From Alphaproteobacteria bacterium (GTDB taxonomy: Bacteria; Pseudomonadota; Alphaproteobacteria; SHVZ01): a stretch of DNA of 64,000 nt. The DNA lies in the NCBI GenBank assembly GCA_016869375.1, contig VGEH01000004.1, positions 1,247 through 65,246 on the forward strand. Direction: 5' to 3'. The translations under genes were made by a program, and so were the position numbers. Numbering within the stretch: the first letter of the stretch is position 1; the number at the start of each line of letters is the position of its first letter. Shown here piece after piece: positions 18,759-28,090 of the stretch. The notes beneath the pieces are model-generated. The model made no database searches. It had not been told where the DNA came from and was given only the letters and a program-made list of their open reading frames with translations.

Positions 18759-20300
18759 ATGAAGTTCGGTTCATTGCGTCCGTTGGGATTCTTGAGGGCG
18801 CTGCTGCTGGCAGGTGCTGCTCTCTCGACCGCGGCGGTCGGCGCTTCGGCGCAGGATCTGAAGGGGGGCCGCCTTCGGGTCGCCATCCTTGCCGACATCC
18901 ACAACTTCGATCCCATGCAGTTCTCCGGCGTGAACTTCCCGCTGATCAAGAACCTGTATGACAGCCTGATCGAATACACGCCCGAGGGGCAGCCGATCCC
19001 GAACCTGGCCTCGGAGTGGAAGATCGCTCCCGACAGCAAGTCGGTCGCGATCACGCTCCGCTCCGGCGTCAACTTCCATAGCGGCAACCCGGTCAACGCC
19101 GAGGCGGTCGCGGCGACGCTGAAGAAGGCCGCCGATCCGCAGAAGGGTAAGAACGTCTATCCGACGATGTCGATCGTGCAGGATTGGACGGTCAACGGTC
19201 CGCTGGGGATCACGATCAACTTCAAGAACCCGGTGCCGGTCGGCCAGATCACCGACCTCCTGCAGTTCCTCTCGGTCATCGAGCCCTCGGGTATCGACAC
19301 GGTCGAGACCAAGCATGCGGGTTCGGGTCCGTTCATCCTCGGCGAGCGCGTGCTCGGCCAGCGGGTGACGATGACCGCCAATGCCAAGTACTGGCAGAAG
19401 CCGCCGATCGTCAGCGAGATCGTGCTGACCGTCTTCAGCGACAATGACGCCGCCAGCGCCGCGATCGAGTCCGGCGCCGTCGACATCATCTATGGCGGCA
19501 ATGCGCGCTCGGCCGTGCGTCTGCGCAATGCCGGCTACCAGCTGATCCAGGGCCCCGGCCCGCTGGTGCAGGTGTTCCGCATCAACGCCACCCGCGGACC
19601 GTTCAAGAACGACAAGTTCCGCCAGGCCTTCAACTACCTGATGGATCGCGAGGCGATTCTCCGCGTCGGCTATGCCGGCGTCGGCGAGGTGACCGCGCTT
19701 CCCTGGGCGCCGGCGAGCCCGGCGACCGACAAGTCGTACAACACCCGGTACGCCTTCAGCCTGGAAAAGGCGCAGGCGCTTCTCAAGGAGTCGGGCCTGT
19801 CGGCAGCCGAGCTCAGCAACTGGAAGCTGACCGCCAACGGCGGCGACCAGGACGGCATGGCGATCAGCCAGATCGTGCAGAGCACGGTTGCCAAGGTCGG
19901 CATGAATATCCAGCTCGACGTCAAGCAGGGCGCGGAGCTCACCGACGCCATGCTGACCGGCAAGTTCGACGCGATCTTCGGCGGCATCGGCAACATCCAG
20001 AAGTTCCCGACTCGCGTCGGCACCAACAGCATCTATCGCACGACCAACAACCCGATCCTCGGGAACCCGCATCCGTTCCCGGCCTATGTCGCCGCCATGC
20101 AGCGCGTCGACACCACGCTGGGCACGGGCGAGCCGGTCAAGCAGGCTTACGACAACCTGAACAAGGTGCTGGTCGAGACTGCCTTCGGCATCCCGACCAA
20201 CACCTTCGACATCGGTCTCATCGTCGCCGCCAAGAACGTTGGCGGCATCACGCGCGAGATCGACAACATGCTGGTGGGACGGACCATCGGGTTCCGTTGA
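18759..20300 (+). CDS. Peptide/nickel-type ABC transporter substrate-binding protein (SBP family 5)
   Basis: Signal peptide MKFGSLRPLGFLRALLLAGAALSTAAVGASAQ with GGGGAGG upstream. About 510 aa, DppA/OppA-like. Confidence 0.85.
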   Translation: MKFGSLRPLGFLRALLLAGAALSTAAVGASAQDLKGGRLRVAILADIHNFDPMQFSGVNFPLIKNLYDSLIEYTPEGQPIPNLASEWKIAPDSKSVAITLRSGVNFHSGNPVNAEAVAATLKKAADPQKGKNVYPTMSIVQDWTVNGPLGITINFKNPVPVGQITDLLQFLSVIEPSGIDTVETKHAGSGPFILGERVLGQRVTMTANAKYWQKPPIVSEIVLTVFSDNDAASAAIESGAVDIIYGGNARSAVRLRNAGYQLIQGPGPLVQVFRINATRGPFKNDKFRQAFNYLMDREAILRVGYAGVGEVTALPWAPASPATDKSYNTRYAFSLEKAQALLKESGLSAAELSNWKLTANGGDQDGMAISQIVQSTVAKVGMNIQLDVKQGAELTDAMLTGKFDAIFGGIGNIQKFPTRVGTNSIYRTTNNPILGNPHPFPAYVAAMQRVDTTLGTGEPVKQAYDNLNKVLVETAFGIPTNTFDIGLIVAAKNVGGITREIDNMLVGRTIGFR

Positions 20301-20319
20301 TCCGGCTTTCTTAAGCGGC

Positions 20320-20353
20320 GGCGGCGGCCCAAGGTCGCCGCCGCCTCCATTTT
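20320..20353 (+). terminator. GC-rich hairpin with a T-tract between the SBP and ATPase genes (attenuator-like)
   Basis: GGCGGCGGC - CCAAGGTC - GCCGCCGCC, followed by TCCATTTT. Confidence 0.45.
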
Positions 20354-20381
20354 CAGGATAAGCCCAACGTCATGGGTGGTG

Positions 20382-22418
20382 ATGTCTGAGCCTGTTCTCT
20401 CCGTTCGCGGCCTCGAGGTGACCTTCACCGGCGGAGGCCGGCCGGTGCCGGCGGTCCGCGGCGTGGACTTCGATGTTTATCCCAACGAGGTCCTGGGCAT
20501 CGTCGGCGAATCCGGCTCGGGCAAGAGCGTCACCTCGCTCGCCGTCACCGGCCTCCTGCCGGAAACGGCGAAGGTCCAGGGCTCGATCAAGCTTGCCGAC
20601 GTCGAGGTGACGACCGCCGACCGCGAGGTCCTGCGCCAGATGCGCGGTCAGGATGTCGGCATGATCTTTCAGGACCCGACGACGACCCTGAACCCGGTCT
20701 TCACCATCGGGCGGCAGGTGACCGAGGGCCAGGTCGCGCATGGCCAGATCCCGGCCGGCAACGCGCGCGGGCGCGGCATCGAGCTGCTGCGGGAAGTCGA
20801 CATTCCCGATCCGACGGGACGCGTCGTCCAGTACCCGCATCAATTCTCCGGCGGCATGCGCCAGCGTGCCGTCATCGCCATGGCGATGGCTGGGCGCCCT
20901 CGGCTGATCATCGCCGACGAGCCGACCACGGCGCTCGACGTCACCGTGCAGGCGCAGGTGCTTTCGGTGCTGGCCAAGCGCCAGGCCGATACCGGTGCCG
21001 CCGTCATCCTGATCACTCACGATCTCGGCGTAATCGCTGAGGTCGCCCATCGCGTCGCCGTCATGTACGGCGGCCGCATCGTCGAGACCGGTCCGGTCCA
21101 CGAGATCTTCAAGCGCCCGCAGCATCCCTACACGGTCGGCCTGCTGCAGAGCTTGCCGCGCATCGACGCCGCCGAGGAGCGGCTCGTGCCGATCCGCGGC
21201 CAGCCGCCGAACCCGGCGCGGCTGCCGACCGGCTGCACCTTCCATCCGCGCTGCCCGATCGGCCGCGACCGCGAGCGCTGCCGCACCGAAGATCCGGCGT
21301 TGCGCGAGGTCGTGGAGGGCCATCGTTCGGCCTGCCATTGCGTCGAGGAAGTCGCCGCCCTGCTCGCCGATACGGCGACGCCGGCGCGCGCTCCGGCGAC
21401 TGTCGCTCCTCAGGCGGCAGCGGCTCAGGCGCCGCTGCTCGCGGTCGATAAGCTCAAGGTCCATTTCCCGATCAAGGCCGGCATCCTCCGCCGCCGCGTC
21501 GGCTGGGTGCGAGCGGTCGACGGCGTCAGCCTGACCGTCAATGCCGGCGAGACCGTCGGCCTGGTCGGCGAGTCCGGCTGCGGCAAGACCACCACGGGTC
21601 GCGCCATCATGGGGCTGATCAAGGCGACCGGGGGCAGCGTACGCTTCGACGGGCAGGAAGTGACGCGTCTCTCTCCAGGCGAGCTGCGCAAGGCGCGCCG
21701 GAACATGCAGTATATCTTCCAGGACCCGTATTCTTCGCTGAACCCGATCAAGACCGTCGGCGACATCGTCGCCGAGCCGTTGCACATCCACGGAATCTAC
21801 GAGGAGATGGGCGGAGCGAAGCGCATCGCCGAGCTGTTCGAGCTGGTCGGGTTGCCGCGTACCGTCCTCGGCCGCTATCCGCGCGAGTTCTCCGGCGGAC
21901 AGAAGCAGCGCATCGGCATCGCCCGCGCGCTCGCCCTCCAGCCGCGCCTCCTGATCCTCGACGAGCCGGTGGCCGCGCTCGACGTCTCGATCCAGGCCCA
22001 GATCATCAACCTGCTGCAGGACCTGCAGAAGGAGCTCGGCCTCGCCTACCTGTTCATCGCGCACGACCTCTCGGTCGTCCGCCACATCTCCGATCGCGTC
22101 GCGGTGATGTATCTCGGCAAGATAATCGAGGAGAGCGAGAAGACGACGCTCTACGAGACGCCGGTGCATCCGTATACGCAGTCGCTGCTCTCGGCGGTGC
22201 CCGTGCCCGACCCCGACGCGCGCCATACGCGCCGCCGCATCGTGCTGGAAGGCGACATTCCGAACCCGTCGAAGCCGCCGCCCGGCTGCTATTTCCATCC
22301 GCGCTGCTTCCGCGCGAGCGATCGTTGTCGCGTCGAGGAGCCGGCCTTCACGCCCTATCCGGGCCTGCCGACGCGCACCGCCTGCCATCATGCCGGCCCG
22401 CTCGGAGCCTCGTCATGA
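20382..22418 (+). CDS. Fused double-cassette ABC transporter ATP-binding protein (DppD/DppF-like)
   Basis: Two Walker A motifs ([17 protein letters not shown]) and two signatures ([16 protein letters not shown]), plus oligopeptide C-terminal Cys motifs. Confidence 0.9.
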   Translation: MSEPVLSVRGLEVTFTGGGRPVPAVRGVDFDVYPNEVLGIVGESGSGKSVTSLAVTGLLPETAKVQGSIKLADVEVTTADREVLRQMRGQDVGMIFQDPTTTLNPVFTIGRQVTEGQVAHGQIPAGNARGRGIELLREVDIPDPTGRVVQYPHQFSGGMRQRAVIAMAMAGRPRLIIADEPTTALDVTVQAQVLSVLAKRQADTGAAVILITHDLGVIAEVAHRVAVMYGGRIVETGPVHEIFKRPQHPYTVGLLQSLPRIDAAEERLVPIRGQPPNPARLPTGCTFHPRCPIGRDRERCRTEDPALREVVEGHRSACHCVEEVAALLADTATPARAPATVAPQAAAAQAPLLAVDKLKVHFPIKAGILRRRVGWVRAVDGVSLTVNAGETVGLVGESGCGKTTTGRAIMGLIKATGGSVRFDGQEVTRLSPGELRKARRNMQYIFQDPYSSLNPIKTVGDIVAEPLHIHGIYEEMGGAKRIAELFELVGLPRTVLGRYPREFSGGQKQRIGIARALALQPRLLILDEPVAALDVSIQAQIINLLQDLQKELGLAYLFIAHDLSVVRHISDRVAVMYLGKIIEESEKTTLYETPVHPYTQSLLSAVPVPDPDARHTRRRIVLEGDIPNPSKPPPGCYFHPRCFRASDRCRVEEPAFTPYPGLPTRTACHHAGPLGASS

Positions 22419-23305
22419 CCGGCGGCATGCAGCGCTCGCTCGACGTGCTCCGCCGCCTGCTGTCGCACCGCGGCGCCTTGATCAGCGTGATCTACCTCGC
22501 GGTGGTCGTTTTCGTCGCCACCTTCGCCCGCTGGATCATTCCCTACGACCCGGTCGTCCAGGATCTCACCAGCACGCTCGAGGCGCCCTCGGCCAAGCAC
22601 TGGTTCGGTACCGACGAGCTCGGCCGCGACCTGATGGCGCGCGCGGTCTACGGCGCCCGCACCTCGCTTATCACGGCCGCCGGCGCGGTCGTCATCGCCG
22701 GCGTGGTCGGCATTCCGATCGGCCTCGTCGCCGGCTTCTTCGGCGGCTGGCGCGATGCGATCCTGATGCGCATCGTCGACGTCCTGCTGTCGCTGCCCGG
22801 CATCCTGTTCGCCATGGCGCTGATCGCCGTGCTTGGCCGCAGCCAGCTCGCGGCGCTGGTGGCGGTCGGCATCACCGGCATCCCCAGCTTCGCCCGCATC
22901 ACGCGTGCCCAGGTGCTGTCGCTCCGCAAGCGCGACTTCGTCATGGCCGTGGAGGCGCTCGGCGGCTCCTCGACCTACAACATGTTCCGCACCGTGCTGC
23001 CGAACTCCTGGAGCCCGCTCCTGGTGCAGGTCGTGATCCTCTCCTCGGTCGCCATCCTGCTCGAGGCGGCGCTCGCCTTCCTCGGCGTCGGCATCCCGCC
23101 GCCGACGCCCAGCTGGGGCGAGATGCTCCGGACCGGGAAGTCCTTCCTCTACGAGGCGCCTTACTACGCCGTGCTGCCGGGCATCGTGCTGACCCTGACC
23201 ATCCTTTCGCTCGACACGCTCGGGCGGACCCTTGCCTGGGTGCTCGAGGATCGCCACGAGCTCGGCGAGGAAGCAGAAGCCGAGGCGGAGAAGGCGCGTC
23301 CATGA
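22415..23305 (+). CDS. ABC transporter permease (DppC-like)
   Basis: The ATGA overlap at 22415-22418 couples it to the ATPase gene. N-terminus [18 protein letters not shown]... followed by TM helices. Binding-protein-dependent transport signature region. Confidence 0.85.
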   Translation: MTGGMQRSLDVLRRLLSHRGALISVIYLAVVVFVATFARWIIPYDPVVQDLTSTLEAPSAKHWFGTDELGRDLMARAVYGARTSLITAAGAVVIAGVVGIPIGLVAGFFGGWRDAILMRIVDVLLSLPGILFAMALIAVLGRSQLAALVAVGITGIPSFARITRAQVLSLRKRDFVMAVEALGGSSTYNMFRTVLPNSWSPLLVQVVILSSVAILLEAALAFLGVGIPPPTPSWGEMLRTGKSFLYEAPYYAVLPGIVLTLTILSLDTLGRTLAWVLEDRHELGEEAEAEAEKARP

Positions 23306-24249
23306 CCGGCTACATCATCCGCCGCATTCTGCAGCTGCTGCCGGTCCTCCTGATCTCCTCGGCCGGCATCTGGGCGATGATCTATGCGGTGCCGGGCACG
23401 CCGATCGGCGCGCTCGTCGGCGAGAACGCCACGCCGGAGCAGGTCCAGGCCGCAATCCAGCGCGTCGGCCTCGACCAGCCGATGCTTGTACAGTTCTGGG
23501 CCTGGCTCAAAAGTGCCCTGGTCGGCGATCTCGGCCGCTCGATCTTCAGCCGCGATCCGGTCTTCGACCTGATCATGGGGCGCGCGCCGGCGACGCTGCA
23601 GCTCGGCCTCGGCGCGACGTTGGTCGGGCTCATCCTCGGGATTCCGGTCGCGGTGCTCAGCGCGCTCTACCCGAACTCCTGGCTGGACCGCTCGCTCAGC
23701 GGCTGGAGCGCGCTGGCGCTCGGCGTGCCGACCTTCTGGCTCGGCATCCTCCTGATCCTGCTGTTCTCGGTCGAGCTGCGCTGGCTGCCTTCGGCCTCGA
23801 CCTATGTCTCGATCTTCGAGTCGCCCTGGGGCGCCATCCGCAACACGTTCCTGCCGGCGCTGACCTTGGGCGTCTATGTCTCGGGCATCTTCGCGCGTTT
23901 CCTCAGGGCGTCGCTCCTGAGCGAGATGAAGGCAGACTATGTCCGGACCGCGCGCTCCAAGGGCCTCAAGGAACGAGACGTCGTCGGCCGGCACGTGTTC
24001 CGGAACGCGCTGCTGCCCTTCGTGACCGTGGTCGGCCTGATGATGGCGGCCTTCATCGGCGGCACGGTCGTCACCGAGGCGGTGTTTACCTATCCGGGGA
24101 TCGGGCGGCTCCTGATTCAGGCGATCACGCAGCGCGACTACCCCCTGATCCAGGGCGTGATCCTGTTCATCCTGGTCGTCCACGTCGTCATCAACCTGAT
24201 GGTCGACGTGCTCTACGCCTACATCGATCCTCGGATCGAGTATTCCTAA
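23302..24249 (+). CDS. ABC transporter permease (DppB-like)
   Basis: ATGA overlap. The N-terminus MTGYIIRRILQLLPVLLISS is typical of DppB/OppB. Confidence 0.85.
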   Translation: MTGYIIRRILQLLPVLLISSAGIWAMIYAVPGTPIGALVGENATPEQVQAAIQRVGLDQPMLVQFWAWLKSALVGDLGRSIFSRDPVFDLIMGRAPATLQLGLGATLVGLILGIPVAVLSALYPNSWLDRSLSGWSALALGVPTFWLGILLILLFSVELRWLPSASTYVSIFESPWGAIRNTFLPALTLGVYVSGIFARFLRASLLSEMKADYVRTARSKGLKERDVVGRHVFRNALLPFVTVVGLMMAAFIGGTVVTEAVFTYPGIGRLLIQAITQRDYPLIQGVILFILVVHVVINLMVDVLYAYIDPRIEYS

Positions 24250-25106
24250 GCGACCCTTTTCGCTGGCGTGAGCGTGACCGCGAGCACGCCTGCCAGCGTG
24301 ATTGCCGAGCCGATCAGGATGCGAACGGTCAGCACGTCGCCGAGCATGAGAACGCCGGCGACGACCGCGAAGACCGGAGCCAGCAGGAACATCGGCGTCA
24401 CCAGCGACACCGGGTAGCGCTTCAGCAGGTAGTACATGCCGCCGAAGCCGAGCAGCGATGAGCCGAAGGCGGTGAAGGCGAGATTGCCCCAGGCCGCCCA
24501 CGAAGCGGCGCGCGAGGCCTCGATCTGCCCGCTCTCGAAGATCAGCGACAGGCCGATGAGGCCCGGCGCCGAGATCAGCGCCACCCAGGACTGGAGCATG
24601 AAGACCGGCACGTTGCGGAGGTCTCGCATCATCACCTGGGCGATGGCGATGGCGAGGCAGGCGAGCATCGACAGGATCACCGCGACGCCGTAGGTCAGCA
24701 CGCGCGGATCGAAGCCGATGATGAGGACACCGCCGAAGGCCGCGGCGATGCCGAAGAGGCGAAACGCGGAGAGGCGCTCGCCGAGCATGAAGACGGCGAG
24801 GATGACGGCGAAGGGCAGCGTCATCTGCGAGACGATCGCGATGGTCGAGACGTCCTCGGCCATCTTGAGGGCGGTATACTGCAGACTGAAGTGGATGGCA
24901 CCGCTGAAAGCGGCGATAGCCAGGATACGCGGCATCTGGCCGGGAACCCAGCGCAGCAGCGGCGCCAGCACGACCAGCAGCATCGCGAAGCGCAGGCCCG
25001 TGAACCAGATCGGCGGCAGCTCGTTTAGGCCGAGCTTGCCGGCGATGAAGGTCAGGCCCCAGACAAGGTTGATGACGAGGACGATGCCGAAATCGATCGG
25101 CCTCAC
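24246..25106 (-). CDS. DMT superfamily (EamA-like) transporter
   Basis: 286 aa with 10 predicted TM helices. The GTG start overlaps the MFS gene stop (GTGA). The rest of ORF 24246..26129 is an out-of-context extension. Confidence 0.8.
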   Translation of the reverse strand: MRPIDFGIVLVINLVWGLTFIAGKLGLNELPPIWFTGLRFAMLLVVLAPLLRWVPGQMPRILAIAAFSGAIHFSLQYTALKMAEDVSTIAIVSQMTLPFAVILAVFMLGERLSAFRLFGIAAAFGGVLIIGFDPRVLTYGVAVILSMLACLAIAIAQVMMRDLRNVPVFMLQSWVALISAPGLIGLSLIFESGQIEASRAASWAAWGNLAFTAFGSSLLGFGGMYYLLKRYPVSLVTPMFLLAPVFAVVAGVLMLGDVLTVRILIGSAITLAGVLAVTLTPAKRVA

Positions 25107-26368
25107 GCGCGCTTCCGGTCGAGCTTCGGCAGAAAGGCGATGAGGAGGCCGAACAGCGGCAGGAAGGCGCAGGCCTGGTAGACAGTCTCGATGCTGGTCA
25201 TGTCGGCGATCTTGCCGAGCGCGGCGGCGCCGAGCCCGCCGAGGCCGAAGGAGACGCCGAAGAAGATACCGGCGACCATGCCGACGCGACCTGGCAGCAG
25301 GTCCTGGGCATAGACGATGATCGCCGAGAAGGCCGAGGCCATGATGAAGCCGATCACGACGGAGAGCAGCAGGGTCGCGACCAGGCCGACATGGGGCAGC
25401 GCCATAGTGAAGGGCAGGACGCCCAGGATCGAGAACCACATCACCGGGATGCGGCCGATCTTGTCGCCGACCCAGCCGCCGGAAAGCGTGCCGATCACGA
25501 TCGATCCCAAGAACACGAACAGCGCGATCTGCGCCTCCTGCACCGTCACCTCGAATTTGTGCATCAGGTAGAAGGTGTAATAGGAGCCGAGGCTGTTGCT
25601 GTAGACGGTCTTCGAGAACATCAGCAGCACCAGGATCGTGATCGCGAAGGCGACGCGGCCGCGCGAGAGCGCGACATAGCCGGCCGCACCCGGCGCCGGC
25701 CGCGGCTTCGGCTTTCCGAGGTGGCGGTTGCGCGCATACCAGTTGCCGACACCGACCAGCACGACCATCGCCAGCAATGCTGCTGCCGAGAACCAGGCGA
25801 TGCTCTCCTGGCCGCGCGGCAGGATGATGAAGGCGGCGAGCAGCGGCCCGACCGCGGATCCCGTATTGCCGCCGACCTGGAACAGCGACTGGGCGAGGCC
25901 GTGGCGGCCGCCCGAGGCCATGCGCGCGACGCGCGAGGCTTCCGGATGGAAAACGGCCGAGCCGATGCCGATCATCGCCGCGGCGAGCAGGATCACCGGG
26001 TAGCTGTGCGCCATCGACATCAGGATCAGGCCGAGGAAGGTCGAGCTCATGCCGATGGCGAGCGAGTAGGGCATCGGCTTCTTGTCGGTGTAGATGCCGA
26101 CCACCGGCTGCAGCAGCGAGGCGGTGCACTGGAAGGCGAGCGTGATCAGCCCGATCTGCGCGAAGTCGAGGGCGTAATTCTCCTTCAGGATCGGGTACAG
26201 CGCCGGCACCATCGACTGCATCATGTCGTTCAGCAGATGACAGAAGCTGAGCGAGAGGATCACGGCGAAGGTCGTCGTGTCGGCGCTCACCGGAGTCGAG
26301 ACCGGTACGGCCGGGGCAGCGGAGGTCTCGGCGGAAGCGGTGCCGGTGGCAATGCTGTTGTCAGCCAT
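25103..26368 (-). CDS. MFS transporter (Fsr/fosmidomycin-resistance-like subfamily)
   Basis: 421 aa with a 12-TM pattern, beginning FAVILSLSFCHLLNDMMQS. Confidence 0.8.
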   Translation of the reverse strand: MADNSIATGTASAETSAAPAVPVSTPVSADTTTFAVILSLSFCHLLNDMMQSMVPALYPILKENYALDFAQIGLITLAFQCTASLLQPVVGIYTDKKPMPYSLAIGMSSTFLGLILMSMAHSYPVILLAAAMIGIGSAVFHPEASRVARMASGGRHGLAQSLFQVGGNTGSAVGPLLAAFIILPRGQESIAWFSAAALLAMVVLVGVGNWYARNRHLGKPKPRPAPGAAGYVALSRGRVAFAITILVLLMFSKTVYSNSLGSYYTFYLMHKFEVTVQEAQIALFVFLGSIVIGTLSGGWVGDKIGRIPVMWFSILGVLPFTMALPHVGLVATLLLSVVIGFIMASAFSAIIVYAQDLLPGRVGMVAGIFFGVSFGLGGLGAAALGKIADMTSIETVYQACAFLPLFGLLIAFLPKLDRKRA

Positions 26369-26433
26369 GAGGGGAGAGAGCCTTCGGGGTCGCTAGGCCA
26401 AGACCTATGCGCTCGTTTAAGCGGACCTGTCCA

Positions 26434-27984
26434 TCAGACATTTCGCTCCCGCCCGGCCCAGAAACGGTCGCGGATGGTGCGTTTCAAGACCTTGCCGACC
26501 GGGCTCCGCGGCAATTGGTCCCAGATTTCGAACGACTTCGGCGCCTTCATGCCGCCGAGTCGCTCGCGGCAGAAGGCGGCCAACTCCTCGATCGTCGCCT
26601 GGCCGCCCTTCTTGACCTGGACGATGGCCTTCACGGCCTCCCCCCACTTCTCGTCGGGCACGCCGACCACGGCGCAGTCTTCCACCGCCGGGTGCGACCA
26701 GATCACCTGCTCGATCTCGGAAGGATAGAGATTGAAGCCGCCGGAGATGATCATGTCGCGCTTGCGGTCGACGATATAGAAGTAGCCGTCCTCGTCCTTG
26801 AAGCCGACATCGCCGGTGTGGTGCCAGCCGAAGCGCGAGGCTTCCTCGGTCGCCTTGGAGTTCTTGTAGTAGCCCTTCATCACCAGTGCGCCGCGGACGA
26901 CGATCTCGCCCTTCTCGTTCGGCGGCAGGATGCGGCCCTCGTCGTCCATGATCTCGACCAGGGCGAAGACGGTGGCGCGGCCGCAGCTCATCAGCCGCTT
27001 CTCGAGCTTCGGATCACCGATAACGAGATGTTCCTTCGGCGACAGGAAGGTGCAGAGCATCGGCGCCTCGGCCTGGCCGAAGGTCTGCGCCATCACCGGC
27101 CCGAAGACCTCGAGCGCCTCCTTGAGCTTCTGCGCCGACATCGGCGCGGCGGCATAGACGAAGTACTTGAGCGAGGAGTAGTCGAACTCGCGCACGCGCG
27201 GATGGCCGAGCATCATGTAGATGACCGTCGGCGGCAGGAACAGCGTGGTCACGCGATAGCGCTGGATGCTCTCCATGACGAGAAGCGCATCGGCGCTTGG
27301 GATCAGCACCTGGGTCGCGCCCTGGGCCAGGAGCGGGAAGGAGATGCAGCCGGCGGCATGCGTCATCGGCGCGGCGATCAGATGCACCGGCGGTTCGTCC
27401 GTCGGCATGCTGGTGATGAAGTTCGCGATCATCGTCGCGAAGTTCATATGCGTGAGCATGACGCCCTTGGAGCGCCCGGTGGTGCCGCCCGATGGCCAGA
27501 TGCAAGCAAGGTCGTGGAGACCAGCCGGCACGTAGACGGGCTCGTCACTCGCACCTGCAAGCCATCCCGCAAGATCCGGGTCGGGACCGTTGGGTCGGTC
27601 GACGCAGACCAGGCCGAGAAGCGTCGGCACCTTGGCGCGCATCTCCTCGGCCGCGGCGGCGAAACTCGAATGATAGAAGAGCCAGCGGCACTCGTTGTCG
27701 CCGAGGATGGCGACATTGTCGTCGACCGCATTTCGCGCGTTCAGCGGCATCCACGCGCCGCCGGCCCGGAGGATGCCGAGGATGCACGAGAACGCATTCG
27801 CGTCGTTCGGGCTCAAAACCGCGGCGCCTGCTTGTGGCGCGAGGCCGAGCGCGATCAGCCGGTTGGCGATCTGATGCGTGCGTCGTTGCGTCTCGCGAAA
27901 CGACAGTGACGTGCCGGCATCGACGAGACAGGCCCGGTCCGGGAAGAGCGCTGCCCCGCGGTCGAAGAAGTCGATCAGCCGCAT
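26434..27984 (-). CDS. Acyl-CoA synthetase / AMP-dependent ligase (class I adenylate-forming enzyme)
   Basis: AMP-binding motif WPSGGTTGRSKGV, GWHHTGDVG, and a C-terminal PRSPVGKVLKR. The ATG at 27984 gives 516 aa. Confidence 0.85.
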   Translation of the reverse strand: MRLIDFFDRGAALFPDRACLVDAGTSLSFRETQRRTHQIANRLIALGLAPQAGAAVLSPNDANAFSCILGILRAGGAWMPLNARNAVDDNVAILGDNECRWLFYHSSFAAAAEEMRAKVPTLLGLVCVDRPNGPDPDLAGWLAGASDEPVYVPAGLHDLACIWPSGGTTGRSKGVMLTHMNFATMIANFITSMPTDEPPVHLIAAPMTHAAGCISFPLLAQGATQVLIPSADALLVMESIQRYRVTTLFLPPTVIYMMLGHPRVREFDYSSLKYFVYAAAPMSAQKLKEALEVFGPVMAQTFGQAEAPMLCTFLSPKEHLVIGDPKLEKRLMSCGRATVFALVEIMDDEGRILPPNEKGEIVVRGALVMKGYYKNSKATEEASRFGWHHTGDVGFKDEDGYFYIVDRKRDMIISGGFNLYPSEIEQVIWSHPAVEDCAVVGVPDEKWGEAVKAIVQVKKGGQATIEELAAFCRERLGGMKAPKSFEIWDQLPRSPVGKVLKRTIRDRFWAGRERNV

Positions 27985-28090
27985 GCGTTTCTTTTGCCTC
28001 CGAGGGATCAGAATAATACGCTCATCGCCTGCCATCGATGACCGCCGTGCCGCCGTGGAACCTGTCCGGCGCGGACTCCTGGAGACCTCC

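Noticed and set aside
20315-20345. GGC/GCC triplet repeat run that could be read as a microsatellite
   Set aside because: The two halves are complementary and form the stem of a hairpin followed by a T-tract. I interpret it as a terminator/attenuator rather than a repeat element.
20370-22391. 673-aa minus-strand ORF opposite the fused ABC ATPase gene
   Set aside because: The plus strand carries duplicated Walker A/B and signature motifs. The antisense translation is low-complexity R/D/A/H/L sequence.
24246-26129. Over-extended ORF models in the track: 378-2357, 11796-13289, 22390-24249, 24246-26129, 26434-28350, 27878-29842, 45310-46995 and 41502-45371
   Set aside because: The N-terminal extensions overlap upstream genes and are Arg/Pro-rich. 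Internal starts with Shine-Dalgarno sequences or ATGA/GTGA coupling give products of family-typical length, so I trimmed the starts.
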